NCBI GenBank assembly: GCA_963832135.1
Contig: CAWHTD010000005.1
Coordinates: 41,730 to 105,729, forward strand
DNA length: 64,000 nt
Source of the DNA: Vicinamibacteria bacterium
GTDB taxonomy: Bacteria > Acidobacteriota > Vicinamibacteria > Vicinamibacterales > JAENWD01
Direction of reading: 5' to 3'
Program-made: the position numbers and the translations under genes
The notes under the pieces: model-generated
What the model was told of the DNA's origin: nothing
What the model saw: the letters and a program-made list of their open reading frames with translations, nothing else
Databases searched by the model: none
Shown: piece by piece, positions 1 through 9,425 of the stretch
Position numbering within the stretch: position 1 is the first letter of the stretch
Layout of the letters: every line of letters starts with the position of its first letter

Positions 1-37
1 GCCCGCCGCATATCACCGGCAGACGACACCGCGCGCA

Positions 38-259
38 GTGACTGGCGATTTCCTCCGGCTGTCTACGCGGCTCCTCCTCTGGAGCATCGTGCCACTGGCC
101 GTCGGCGTTTGCCTCGACATGTACCTCATCGGGCGCATCATCGTGGGGGGCGTGGGCGGCGCACTTCTTTCTACCGCGGTGTTCGCGGTCTACGTCACGC
201 TCTGGTTCATTCTCCCGCGCGTCGAGCGGATGCAGCGGGTCCTGCGCGGGCGCGACTAG
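38..259 (+). CDS. hypothetical small membrane protein
   Basis: 73-codon ORF with a GTG start and two hydrophobic helices (LLLWSIVPLAVGVCLDMYLIG and LLSTAVFAVYVTLWFIL). No family recognised. Confidence 0.35.
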   Translation: MTGDFLRLSTRLLLWSIVPLAVGVCLDMYLIGRIIVGGVGGALLSTAVFAVYVTLWFILPRVERMQRVLRGRD

Positions 260-450
260 CAGTCAGCTGGCCCTGAAAAGCCGCCGAATTCCACTCCCGC
301 ACGCTCCTCGCTCGAGAGCATCGCATCCGAAGGCGGGGCGTTGATGGTGATCGCGTTGTCCTGGCCGGTCAAAACAAAATTTCAGACGCGTCGGGGCACG
401 AAGCCCATGCGCGAGCGCCGTGCGCTGCGCCTCTTACGCAATCGAGGGAA

Positions 451-1785
451 TCACCGCGTCTCTAGCTTTCTTTCGTGAGTGAGCTCCTCGACCAGTTCGG
501 TGACCCGCTTCAAGATCGCGGCATCGGCCCCGTCGAAGTCCTCGCTCGGCGCGGGAACGTCGTCCCAGCGTCGTAGCGCGCTCGTCGCGGGCACCAAGCC
601 GGTCAGGTCGCAGCCGATGGAGATGACCAGATCTGCCGATGCCACATCCTCCGCCGTCGCTCGCCGAGGCCGACTCGTGGGAACTGCGTACCCACGCGCT
701 TTCAGGCGCTCCATCACCTTTGGTGCAACCGCCCTGTCGGGCTCTGTTCCAGCGAAATCCACCTGCACGCTGAGTCCACGTTCCTTCGCCATGCGCTGGA
801 AGTAGGCAGACGCCAGGACGCTCTTGGCAGCCCCATGAGGGCAGATGAAGAGAACGCGAGGAATCGTTTGTCCACTGACGACAGCCTTTCCCAGTCGATC
901 GACGGCGGCGCGGACGCCCTTTGCGAGCGTGGCGGCCGGCCCGGTGCCGTAGTAATGGAGAAAGACGACCATGGGCTTCACCTCCGTCATGTGATGGTGA
1001 ATGGCAACAACGTTCAGCCCATGGCTGCGAAGCGCCTTGAGAACCGGAGTCACTTCGTGTTCGAGCATCGCCACGTCGCCGGCTACCATCGCATCAGCGT
1101 CGGTCCCCGTAAACGCCGCCCACGTATTCAATCCCATTCGCGCGTTGATGATTGCGCCATGCTCGCGCACGTCGAGGTCCGGCCGGCCGATTGTGATTTT
1201 GTAGACGGGGCCGCTCAGTTCTCCCTCATGCCCAATGATTCTGGCAAGCCTCGCGCCGTCGAGCGTAGGGCTCGACGCCGGTGTGCCGGCAGCCGCTGAC
1301 TGCGGCGCTCGCTTCGCGGCCTGATCGATGAGATCGATTGCCGGCTTGATGCGCCGAGTCAGATCCGCGGCACTTCCCATGCCGTGCACGTGCATGTAGA
1401 ACATGCGCGGCTGTTCCCAGAAGAAGTGATTGTGAAGTGCGGTGACATCCAGTCCGTTGTCCAGGAGAGCCGACATCACGGGATTGACTTCATCTTCCGT
1501 GAGGACGAGATCGCCCATCATCACGTCGTGACCTTCGCTGCCCTTGGTCAACGCAATCCATCCGCCAAAGCCGAACGGCGTCGGCGCGGGACGCTTCCCA
1601 ATGGTGACGGCCACATCTTTGCGGGGAATGTTCACCTTCAACACGCCGTCCTTGAAGTCTCCGGTCTTGCCGAGCGCAGTGAGGACAGTCTTGTACTCGC
1701 TCGGCATCTCCTGTGCGGTGGCCACGCCATTACAGAGCAGGCCAGCAGAAATCGTGACGCCAATCGCGGCTCGCCTCAACATCAT
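451..1785 (-). CDS. secreted tandem DUF1259 (LppY/LpqO-like) protein fused to a C-terminal low-molecular-weight phosphatase / ArsC-like domain
   Basis: Signal peptide (AIGVTISAGLLCNGVATAQE). Two DUF1259-type signatures (LDNGLDVTALHNHFFWEQPRMFYMHVHG and LRSHGLNVVAIHHHMTEVKPMVVFLHYYG). The C-terminal part has an LMW-PTP-like P-loop, VLFICPHGAAKS (C-X5-K-S). ATG ATG start preceded by GGGGGAA. Confidence 0.75.
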   Translation of the reverse strand: MMLRRAAIGVTISAGLLCNGVATAQEMPSEYKTVLTALGKTGDFKDGVLKVNIPRKDVAVTIGKRPAPTPFGFGGWIALTKGSEGHDVMMGDLVLTEDEVNPVMSALLDNGLDVTALHNHFFWEQPRMFYMHVHGMGSAADLTRRIKPAIDLIDQAAKRAPQSAAAGTPASSPTLDGARLARIIGHEGELSGPVYKITIGRPDLDVREHGAIINARMGLNTWAAFTGTDADAMVAGDVAMLEHEVTPVLKALRSHGLNVVAIHHHMTEVKPMVVFLHYYGTGPAATLAKGVRAAVDRLGKAVVSGQTIPRVLFICPHGAAKSVLASAYFQRMAKERGLSVQVDFAGTEPDRAVAPKVMERLKARGYAVPTSRPRRATAEDVASADLVISIGCDLTGLVPATSALRRWDDVPAPSEDFDGADAAILKRVTELVEELTHERKLETR

Positions 1786-1808
1786 CGCTATTCCCCCAAA
1801 ATAACAAA

Positions 1809-1836
1809 TTGACTCGCGTAACGCTTCACCTATAGT
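1809..1836 (+). promoter_or_regulatory. candidate sigma70 promoter TTGACT-N16-TATAGT upstream of the ChrB-like gene
   Basis: TTGACT at 1809-1814 and TATAGT at 1831-1836, in the 94-bp divergent spacer between the DUF1259 gene and the ChrB-like gene. A 6-bp inverted repeat (GTAACG ... CGTTAC) brackets the -10. Confidence 0.35.
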
Positions 1837-1879
1837 CTGAAACTACCGTTACGAGGTCAAGTCGTTCGGTAATTCCACG

Positions 1880-2968
1880 ATGACGTCACGCACCGTAGCT
1901 CAACAGAAGTCGTCTGCCGTCCGATTGGCCCAGAAGGCCGCTCGCCGATGGCTGTTGTTCGTCCATCAGCTGCCCTCAACCCCATCAAACTTGCGGGTCC
2001 GCACGTGGCGGCGCATGCAGCAACTCGGCGCGGTTCCGGTCAAGCAGGCGGTCTATGCGCTGCCCGATTCGCCGAGCGCGCGTGAAGATTTCGAGTGGCT
2101 GAAGACGGAGATCAAGGACGCCGGCGGCGATGCCACGGTGTTTGCGGCCGACAACGTAGATACCTGGTCGGATGATGCTCTCGTCGAGGAGTTCAGGCGG
2201 TCGCGGCAAGAGGCCTACACGGCCCTTGCCCGTGATGTTGAACAGGTGCTTGGCCGACTGAGCGCCACACGTCGTCGACGCGGGACGCGGGCGCCGGCGG
2301 CGCATCGCCTTCTGGGCGTGTTCCGACAACGCTTGACGGCCATCGAGAGCGTCGATTTCTTCGGCAGCGCTGGTCGCGATCGGGTCATAGCGCTATTGAA
2401 ACAACTTGAGGAACATGCCGGCAGCACGCGCCGTGCTGTGGTGGCGAGGTCCCCCAGAAACGACGTGCCCGAGACATATCAGGGCCGCCTGTGGGTGACG
2501 CGTCCCCGGCCCGGCGTTGATCGCATGGCATCCGCGTGGCTCATTCGCCGCTCCATCGATCCGCAGGCACGTTTCGACTTCGCCCAGGACAGAGAGGCGC
2601 TTCCCGAACAGGCCATCCCGTTCGACATGTTTGGTGTCGAGTTCACTCACCAGGGCGAAGGCTGCACGTTCGAAACGCTCTGCGCACGGTTCGGTATTCA
2701 GGAGCCGGCCGTCGCGCGCGTCGCCACAATTGTCCACGACCTGGATCTGAAGGATGGCCGCTTCGGCGCGCCCGAGTGTGCCACGGTCGGCAGGGTGATC
2801 GAAGGGCTTCAACTGGCGCAGAACGATGACTACGAGCTCCTGACGCAGGGCATCACACTGTTCGACGCCCTCCATCGATCCTTTGAGCAGTCAACTCGGG
2901 CCGCCGCGCCTCGACCGGTAGCGCGACCACGGACGCGGAGCAGACCGCCTGGGCGGCGCCGCGGCTAA
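1880..2968 (+). CDS. chromate resistance ChrB domain protein
   Basis: N-terminal ChrB-type motif (WLLFVHQLPSTPSNLRVRTWRRMQQLGAVPVKQAVYALP) and C-terminal ChrB motif (LWVTRPRPGVDRMASAWLIRRSIDPQARFDF). ATG start at 1880. Confidence 0.8.
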   Translation: MTSRTVAQQKSSAVRLAQKAARRWLLFVHQLPSTPSNLRVRTWRRMQQLGAVPVKQAVYALPDSPSAREDFEWLKTEIKDAGGDATVFAADNVDTWSDDALVEEFRRSRQEAYTALARDVEQVLGRLSATRRRRGTRAPAAHRLLGVFRQRLTAIESVDFFGSAGRDRVIALLKQLEEHAGSTRRAVVARSPRNDVPETYQGRLWVTRPRPGVDRMASAWLIRRSIDPQARFDFAQDREALPEQAIPFDMFGVEFTHQGEGCTFETLCARFGIQEPAVARVATIVHDLDLKDGRFGAPECATVGRVIEGLQLAQNDDYELLTQGITLFDALHRSFEQSTRAAAPRPVARPRTRSRPPGRRRG

Positions 2969-2974
2969 CCTCCG

Positions 2975-4231
2975 ATGGGACCCATTGCTGCACAGTCGCC
3001 ACGCGTGACCGACGCCTTGCGACCCGTTGGCGATTCGAGCGCCGCCAACCCTCGGCGGGCGCTCGTGCGGCTGTGTGCGGCGGGGTTCGCAGCCTACTGC
3101 AGCTACTCGATCTGTCGGGCCCCTCTGCTGCCGCTGTTCGCGCGCGAGTTGGGCGCAGACCCGCCCGTCATTGGCGTTGTAATGGGGGCCTCCACCCTCA
3201 CCGGGATCTTCGTGAAGCTCCCGGCCGGCGCCTGGTCCGACATTCTCGGCCGTCGGGCACTGCTCATGACCGGCGCCTTGGTCTTTGCGACCCTGCCGTT
3301 CGGCTATCTGGGTATCTCGACGCTCACAGCGCTCGTCCTGCTGCGATTCGTGCACGGCAGCGCGACCGCAATCTTCGGTCCGGTCGCCTCGGCGAGTCTT
3401 TCTGACGTCGCTCCCGCGTCGCGTCGGGGCACCTGGCTCAGCACCTATTCCACTGCGCAGGGAGCCGGCCAGGCACTGGGCCCGGTACTCGCGGGCTACC
3501 TGCTCGCGGCAGGTCGCGTCGATCTGGCATTCGTCGCCGCCGGGGTGATCGGCCTGGCAACTCCGATGATCATCGTCGGCTGGCGTAGTTCCTCCCAGAC
3601 GGCGCCGAACCAGGCGCGATGGCACCACGTGAAGCAAGGCGTTTCGGAAGTGGTCCGTGATCGCCTGGTCCTTGCCACGAGCGCCGCACAAGCGGCGCAG
3701 TTCGTCCTGAATGGCACGTTGAATGCGTTCCTGCCGCTCTACGGCCGCGACGTACTGGGATTCACGATGGCGCAGATCGGATGGCTCTTCGGAGTCCAGA
3801 CAATCACCACGTTGGCGGTGCGGCCGGTCATCGGGCTCGTCTCCGACCGCGCCGGACGCCGTTGGGTTATCGCGAGTGGCCTGGCAGTCTGCAGCGGTGC
3901 CGTGCTGCTGGTGTCGATGGCCGCCAGCCCGCTGGGACTCTTTGCCGCGGTCGTTGTGTACGCCGCTGGCGTCGCGACAACGACGGCCGCCACCAGCGCC
4001 TTCATCACCGATGTCACTCGCCGCGCTCGCTACGGCGCTGCGCACGGCGTCTTCGGCACGATCTACGACGTGGGCGACGCAATGGGTCCGATTGTCGCTG
4101 GTGTCCTCGTCGCCGCCGTCGGGTACGGCCGCATGTTTCAAATCATGGCCACCGTCGCGTTGACGATGGCGCTCGCGTTTTCGATAACGTCGTACAACAG
4201 GGTGCCACGTCGATCTCTCCCCCACGGGTGA
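2975..4231 (+). CDS. MFS transporter
   Basis: 418 aa, about 12 hydrophobic segments, MFS loop motif (GAWSDILGRR). Starts 6 nt after the ChrB stop, so probably co-transcribed. Confidence 0.8.
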   Translation: MGPIAAQSPRVTDALRPVGDSSAANPRRALVRLCAAGFAAYCSYSICRAPLLPLFARELGADPPVIGVVMGASTLTGIFVKLPAGAWSDILGRRALLMTGALVFATLPFGYLGISTLTALVLLRFVHGSATAIFGPVASASLSDVAPASRRGTWLSTYSTAQGAGQALGPVLAGYLLAAGRVDLAFVAAGVIGLATPMIIVGWRSSSQTAPNQARWHHVKQGVSEVVRDRLVLATSAAQAAQFVLNGTLNAFLPLYGRDVLGFTMAQIGWLFGVQTITTLAVRPVIGLVSDRAGRRWVIASGLAVCSGAVLLVSMAASPLGLFAAVVVYAAGVATTTAATSAFITDVTRRARYGAAHGVFGTIYDVGDAMGPIVAGVLVAAVGYGRMFQIMATVALTMALAFSITSYNRVPRRSLPHG

Positions 4232-4248
4232 GTTCAGAGGTTGCGGCA

Positions 4249-5238
4249 ATGCCTTACGTCTTGCTATCAGGGTGCGCGGCGATACTGATCGTCGCGTCCG
4301 GATTAGCGGCGACACTGCCGCCGCTCGTGCTTCTGAAGTCCATCGAACTTCCTGGAGTCGAAGGGCGAATCGACCACCTCTCCATCGACCGCGATCACAA
4401 TCGCCTCTTCGTTGCGGCGCTCGGCAACGATTCAATCGAGGTGGTGGATCTCGCAGTGGGAATCCGCGCCCGGAGCCTCGGCGGCTTCCATGAACCGCAG
4501 GGCCTTCAGGTCGTCCCGGAGCAGATGGCGATCGCGGTGGCGAACGGCCAGTCGGGTTCCTTGCAGATCCTCGACGGCGCGACGCTTCAAACAGCCAAAA
4601 CAGTGCCGATGTCGGAGGATCCAGACAACGTGCGCTACGAAAAGGCCGCCAAGCGGTTGTATGTCGGTCACGGAAGCGGCGCGCTCGCCGTCATTGATGC
4701 CACAACCTGGCGCGTGCTCGGAACCATTGCCCTGTCTGGCCACCCCGAGTCCTTCCAACTGGAAAGCGCGGGCCCGCGCGTGTTCGTCAACGTGCCTGAC
4801 GCCGGACACGTGGCCGTGATCGACCGACGGGCGATGACAGTCCTGACGACGTGGCCGGTCGTGGGTGCTCAATCGAATTATCCGATGGCGCTCGACGAGA
4901 CCAACCATCGTCTGTTCATCGGATGCCGCCGGCCTGCGAAGGTGCTCATCTACAACACCATTAACGGAAAGATCGTCGGATCCGTCGACATTGTCGGCGA
5001 CACGGACGATCTGTTTTACGACGCGGCCCGCAAGCGTCTGTACGTGAGTGGCGGGGAGGGATTCGTCGACGTGTTGGAGCAGAGCGATCCCGATCACCTG
5101 ACGCGCGTGGGACACATCCCGACGGCTGCGGGCGCCCGCACGTCACTGTTCGTGCCGGATCAGAATCGGCTGTATCTCGCGGTTCCACACCGGGGAAGGC
5201 AGAAAGCGGAGATTCGGGTGTTCGAGGTGCGGGACTGA
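4249..5238 (+). CDS. YncE/YVTN-like beta-propeller protein, secreted
   Basis: The ATG at 4249 (MPYVLLSGCAAILIVASGLA) lies in frame with the long ORF 3781-5238 but after the MFS stop. Repeated propeller blades (RLFVAALGNDSIEVVD, RLYVGHGSGALAVID, RVFVNVPDAGHVAVID, RLYVSGGEGFVDV). Confidence 0.7.
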   Translation: MPYVLLSGCAAILIVASGLAATLPPLVLLKSIELPGVEGRIDHLSIDRDHNRLFVAALGNDSIEVVDLAVGIRARSLGGFHEPQGLQVVPEQMAIAVANGQSGSLQILDGATLQTAKTVPMSEDPDNVRYEKAAKRLYVGHGSGALAVIDATTWRVLGTIALSGHPESFQLESAGPRVFVNVPDAGHVAVIDRRAMTVLTTWPVVGAQSNYPMALDETNHRLFIGCRRPAKVLIYNTINGKIVGSVDIVGDTDDLFYDAARKRLYVSGGEGFVDVLEQSDPDHLTRVGHIPTAAGARTSLFVPDQNRLYLAVPHRGRQKAEIRVFEVRD

Positions 5239-5361
5239 TCGGGCGCGGTAAGCCAGCTTCCGCCGGGACGATTCGTCAATCGACAGCTCGTGGGTCGACA
5301 ACTGCGATCCGCCGACCCGCTGCGGCAGGTAGGCCTGCGTCGTGGCAAACAGGATCCGCAC
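5239..5361 (-). pseudogene. remnant of a GT4-type glycosyltransferase N-terminus (about 40 codons only)
   Basis: The GTG start overlaps the stop of the upstream PhyH-cupin gene. MRILFATTQAYLPQRVGGSQLSTHEL resembles the start of a GT4 glycosyltransferase. The reading frame then runs into the 3' end of the convergent propeller gene with no further GT-like sequence in any frame. Confidence 0.3.
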
Positions 5362-6965
5362 TATCCGCGCAGCCTTCGCCTGATTGCAGCCTTCAGCCGA
5401 TCCGGATCGCGGAGAACGTTGACCAATCGCCGCGACAGCCGCGGATCGTACGGCTCCTCCGTGTCGCGATGACGGCCGTGAAACTCGAAGACAATGTAGG
5501 CGGCTGGCACGGCGCCGACATTCGTCATCCCGTGGGGCTCGCCCGCAGCATAGAAGATCAGTCCGTGCTGCTCGACCCGCTCGCCAAGCGTCTCGACGGT
5601 GCCTTCCAGCACGATGATGCCGACGTCATAGGCATCGATGTGAGGCGCGTAGCCGGCGCCGGGTTGAAGCACCGTCACGTGCGTGCGCAGGTGGCGCAGG
5701 TACTCCGTCTCGCCGTCCAGGATCCGCGTTTGACGCATGCTCGAGGCGGGCACGTCGGTCGGTGCACGCGCGTCTCCGATTGATTTCAGACAGTGAGGCA
5801 GATATGCCTTCGCGACGTTGCGATCGGTGTGCCACTTGAACATCAGATAGGTGACGGGCGCATCCGATGCGTTGCGGATGGTATGCGTGAATCCGGCAGG
5901 GTAGTAGGCGAACGTGCCGGCCTGGGCGCGGTGAGCCGATACGGCGCCGGCGTCCCGATCCGCGAACATGAGCTCGGCGTCACCGTCGAGGACGATCAGC
6001 ACCTCCTCTTCGACATGCTCGTGCGGGGAGTGCGGTTGCCGTCCGGGATCGAGGACCGAGACGTGACACCCCATGCTGCGAATGGCAGGCGTCGAACCGC
6101 GGAAGAGCGGGTGCGGCGTGAATCCCCGCTCCGGATCGCGGCCGAGCGGCAGCCGCAGGGCATGGACACGGCTGCTGAGCGACGGCAGGTTCTCTCCGTT
6201 TGCGGCGAGCGGAGCGGGGACGATTCGGTTCGGGCCTTCCATGGCGTGTCCACTCACGAGAATGCAGGCGGGTTTCGGCGACGGGTACAGCTCGAACGGC
6301 CATCGAAGCTGATTGAAGTTCGGAATGCGAATGGCGGTCTCCGGACTCGCGTACTGAAGGAGCAATGCGAATCGCGTCTGTGCCTGGCTGCGATTGTGCG
6401 AGGCATGCCACAGCCTTCCATCGAAGGCGACGGCTTCCCCGTCGCTCGTGTTCAACGAGATGACACCGCTCTCGGCATCCCGGCGCTTCGCCCACGAGGC
6501 CACGTCCTCGTCGGTCGCGGGCGCGTGTTCTCGTCGCTCCTCCTGCAACACTTGCTGGAACGTGACGCCAAACCGGTGCGAGCCGGGGACGACGATGAGC
6601 GACGACAGGGCGGTGGTGTGTGCGAGCCCGACCCAGACAGAGACGGTCTTTCCGGTGGGACACGCCGACTCGATGTCGGTGTGCCAGGGATGGACCTGGT
6701 TTGGCTTCCGGACGACAAGCGACACGCCCCAGAGGATGACGTCCTCCCCGATCACGGCGGTCACGAGGTCGAGAATGCGATCGTCGGCCGCAATCGCGGC
6801 GTACTCAGGGGACGTCGCGGCGCGCCCTTTCTGCCAGTCCATGGGCGGACGACCTGCGGCGCGCTGCAGCCGGCTGAGGATCACGCCACATTCCGGGGGA
6901 GTGAAGATCGGGACCGGCTCCAGATATCCGCGGTCTTCGAAATGACGTCGGGTTGCCTGCTGCAT
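5361..6965 (-). CDS. phytanoyl-CoA dioxygenase (PhyH)-like domain fused to two cupin domains
   Basis: PhyH 2-His-1-carboxylate motifs (HPWHTDIE ... RLWHASHN), then two cupin_2-like barrels (HSPHEHVEEEVLIVLDG ... YYPAGFTHTIRN, and YAPHIDAYDVGIIVLEG ... AAGEPHGMTN). Start uncertain: ATG 6965 preferred, with alternatives at 7013 and 7025. Confidence 0.75.
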   Translation of the reverse strand: MQQATRRHFEDRGYLEPVPIFTPPECGVILSRLQRAAGRPPMDWQKGRAATSPEYAAIAADDRILDLVTAVIGEDVILWGVSLVVRKPNQVHPWHTDIESACPTGKTVSVWVGLAHTTALSSLIVVPGSHRFGVTFQQVLQEERREHAPATDEDVASWAKRRDAESGVISLNTSDGEAVAFDGRLWHASHNRSQAQTRFALLLQYASPETAIRIPNFNQLRWPFELYPSPKPACILVSGHAMEGPNRIVPAPLAANGENLPSLSSRVHALRLPLGRDPERGFTPHPLFRGSTPAIRSMGCHVSVLDPGRQPHSPHEHVEEEVLIVLDGDAELMFADRDAGAVSAHRAQAGTFAYYPAGFTHTIRNASDAPVTYLMFKWHTDRNVAKAYLPHCLKSIGDARAPTDVPASSMRQTRILDGETEYLRHLRTHVTVLQPGAGYAPHIDAYDVGIIVLEGTVETLGERVEQHGLIFYAAGEPHGMTNVGAVPAAYIVFEFHGRHRDTEEPYDPRLSRRLVNVLRDPDRLKAAIRRRLRG

Positions 6966-7239
6966 CGGCGTCCCGGATGTGCCGGGCGTGGCCGATGGTA
7001 ACGCAAGCCTCATCCACGGGCGCAATCAAAAAGGTAGACCTCATGCGTCTCTCCATCGCGAGTGGTGGATCCAACGTGAGTTGCGTGGCCCCGCTACGGC
7101 TGAGCGATTCGGGCCGCGTCCGGAACCGGCAGCGTCGTTTGACGCGTCAACGTAAAGAGGCAGGTGCCGGAACCGCCGCGAGGATGCGGCTTTTTGGTGA
7201 AGAAGAGTCCGCCGCCTGGACTCAACGTGAACTCCACGG

Positions 7240-9417
7240 TTGGCGGATCGGCTGAAGGGGACTGCGCGCGCGCGGTCCGTTGCACTCATTCAAGGAAGAT
7301 GGAGATGCCAATCCCGAACTTGGCGGCCGTTGACAGCGATCCCGTGGCCGCGCCATACGATCTGCCCGCGCTTGCGCCCTACCTTGGCGCCGCCGTCGAC
7401 GAAACCGGCTAGCCTGGACGACGAGCGCGGCATCCGTGCGCTGGGTCCGCTGGTGCACACGCTGGCTCGCGCTCTCGACATCCGCGAGATCTTCTCGCAG
7501 CTGAGCGCCGCGGCTCGCGACGTGGTCCACCACGACGAGGCCGCCCTCGCGCTCGTGGATCCCGCGGGCACCCGCCTGCGGCTTTACGCGAGCACGTGCG
7601 TGGATGGGCCGGAAGAGATCGAACCCTGCGATCACCGCATTGCGCTCCCGCTCGACCGCGCAACGGTGTTTCAGCCGTCTCCCGGCCGGCCGTTCTCGGT
7701 CGGCGTGCAGGCGCCGGTCGGCCTCGGCGGCGAACGGGTCGGCGTGCTGGTCTTCCTGTCGCGGGCGCCCTACGCGTATTCGGAGACCGATGTATGGCTC
7801 GTCGAGCGTATCGCCGACGGCGTCGCGCTCGCGCTTTCGCACCAGCGTCTCGCCGACGAGATCAAACGCCAGGCCGTCGAGCGTGAACACGCCGCCAACA
7901 TGGACGCATCGGAGGAGCTGCTGGATGCCATCGCGGGCTCGCTCGACATCCGGGAGGTGTTTCAGCGGGTGTCCGAGATCGCCGCGAAGGTCCTGCCGCA
8001 CGATTGCCTGACCATGTCCCTCCACCACCGGGACGGCGTGGCCATCGTCCACGCCACATCGAACACCGAAGGGCCATTGATGGATCAGTTGCGTATCGTG
8101 GTGTCTGGCGTCCCCGACACGAGCGCGGTGCGCATCATCGACGATCTCGCCATCGATCCGCCCCAGATCGTGGAGCCCGCCGATCTGCCCAAGCGCCTCG
8201 TCGCGGCCGGATATCGATCGCTGCTGGTCGTGAAGCTGCCGGCGGGCCACCAGGCCTTCGCGCTGCAGTTCTGGTCCCGGCAGTCGGGCGCCTTCACGAC
8301 CGCCGACGGGCCGATCGCGCGGCGGATCGCGCGCCACGTCGCGCTCTGCGTCTCCCACGAGCGGCTGGCCGAGGCTGCCCGCGAGGCCAGCGAGGCGCGG
8401 CAGCGCGCGGATCGACTGGAGGTACGCGTCCGCACCCTGACCGACGAGCTCGATCGAACGACAGGCGTGCGCGAGATCGTCGGCGAGTCGGCGGCGTGGA
8501 AGCGGGTGTTGAAGGCCGCCACGCAGGTCGCGCCGACCGACACCACGGTGCTGCTGACTGGCGAGTCGGGCACCGGCAAAGAAGTGATTGCGCGCTTCAT
8601 CCGCCGCGCCTCCACACGTCACGCCGGCCCGTTCGTCGCGCTCAACTGCGCGGCGCTGCCCGATGAGCTTCTCGAGGCCGAGCTCTTCGGCTACGAGCGC
8701 GGCGCATACACGGGGGCCACGCACGCCAAGCCCGGGCAGATTGAGCTCGCGGCTGGCGGTGTCCTGTTTCTCGACGAGATCGGCGACATGAGCCCGATGG
8801 CACAGGCCAAGCTCCTGCGCGTCCTGCAGGAGCGCGAGTTCCAGCGGCTTGGCGGCACGCGCGTGCTCAAAGCGAACGTTCGCGTCATCGCCGCCACGAA
8901 CCGGAACCTGCGGCAGGCCATCGAGCGCAGCGAATTCCGGGAGGACTTGTTCTATCGGCTGCAGGTGTTCGAGATTGCGCTGCCGCCGCTGCGCGAGCGC
9001 GAAGACGATGTCCTGCTGCTTGCTTCGGCGTTCCTGTCACAGTTTGCACCGTCGCGGAACGGCGGCCGGCCGATCGTGTTGACCGACGCGGCGCGGGACG
9101 TGCTGCTTCGGCACGCCTGGCCAGGCAACGTGCGAGAGCTGCGGAATGCGCTCGAAAGAGCGCTCATCGTCTGCGACGGCGGGCCCATCGATGCCGTCCA
9201 TCTGTCGATTGGCGCTGAACGTACGCTTCCGCCCGGGGTCGCCGGCGTCGAACCGGGCCCGAGCGACCTCGCCACGATCGAGCGGCGGACCATCGCGCGC
9301 GGTACTGGAAGAGGCACGCGGCAACAAGTCGGAAGCTGCACGACGGCTCGGACTGACGCGCACGCAGCTATATGGCAGGCTGAGCAGGTACGTGGGATGA
9401 GTCGTCCAAAGGTGTAG
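7240..9417 (+). CDS. sigma54-dependent transcriptional activator (GAF-GAF-AAA+), with the C-terminal Fis-type HTH displaced into another frame
   Basis: Walker A ([13 protein letters not shown]), GAFTGA-like loop (ERGAYTGAT), Walker B (LFLDEIG), then [10 protein letters not shown] and FREDLFYRL. Two GAF-like regions upstream. The HTH ([30 protein letters not shown]) is read in the +1 frame (ORF 9146-9400) after about 9290. The true start is unclear. Confidence 0.85.
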   Translation: MADRLKGTARARSVALIQGRWRCQSRTWRPLTAIPWPRHTICPRLRPTLAPPSTKPASLDDERGIRALGPLVHTLARALDIREIFSQLSAAARDVVHHDEAALALVDPAGTRLRLYASTCVDGPEEIEPCDHRIALPLDRATVFQPSPGRPFSVGVQAPVGLGGERVGVLVFLSRAPYAYSETDVWLVERIADGVALALSHQRLADEIKRQAVEREHAANMDASEELLDAIAGSLDIREVFQRVSEIAAKVLPHDCLTMSLHHRDGVAIVHATSNTEGPLMDQLRIVVSGVPDTSAVRIIDDLAIDPPQIVEPADLPKRLVAAGYRSLLVVKLPAGHQAFALQFWSRQSGAFTTADGPIARRIARHVALCVSHERLAEAAREASEARQRADRLEVRVRTLTDELDRTTGVREIVGESAAWKRVLKAATQVAPTDTTVLLTGESGTGKEVIARFIRRASTRHAGPFVALNCAALPDELLEAELFGYERGAYTGATHAKPGQIELAAGGVLFLDEIGDMSPMAQAKLLRVLQEREFQRLGGTRVLKANVRVIAATNRNLRQAIERSEFREDLFYRLQVFEIALPPLREREDDVLLLASAFLSQFAPSRNGGRPIVLTDAARDVLLRHAWPGNVRELRNALERALIVCDGGPIDAVHLSIGAERTLPPGVAGVEPGPSDLATIERRTIARGTGRGTRQQVGSCTTARTDAHAAIWQAEQVRGMSRPKV

Positions 9418-9425
9418 TGGTGCCT

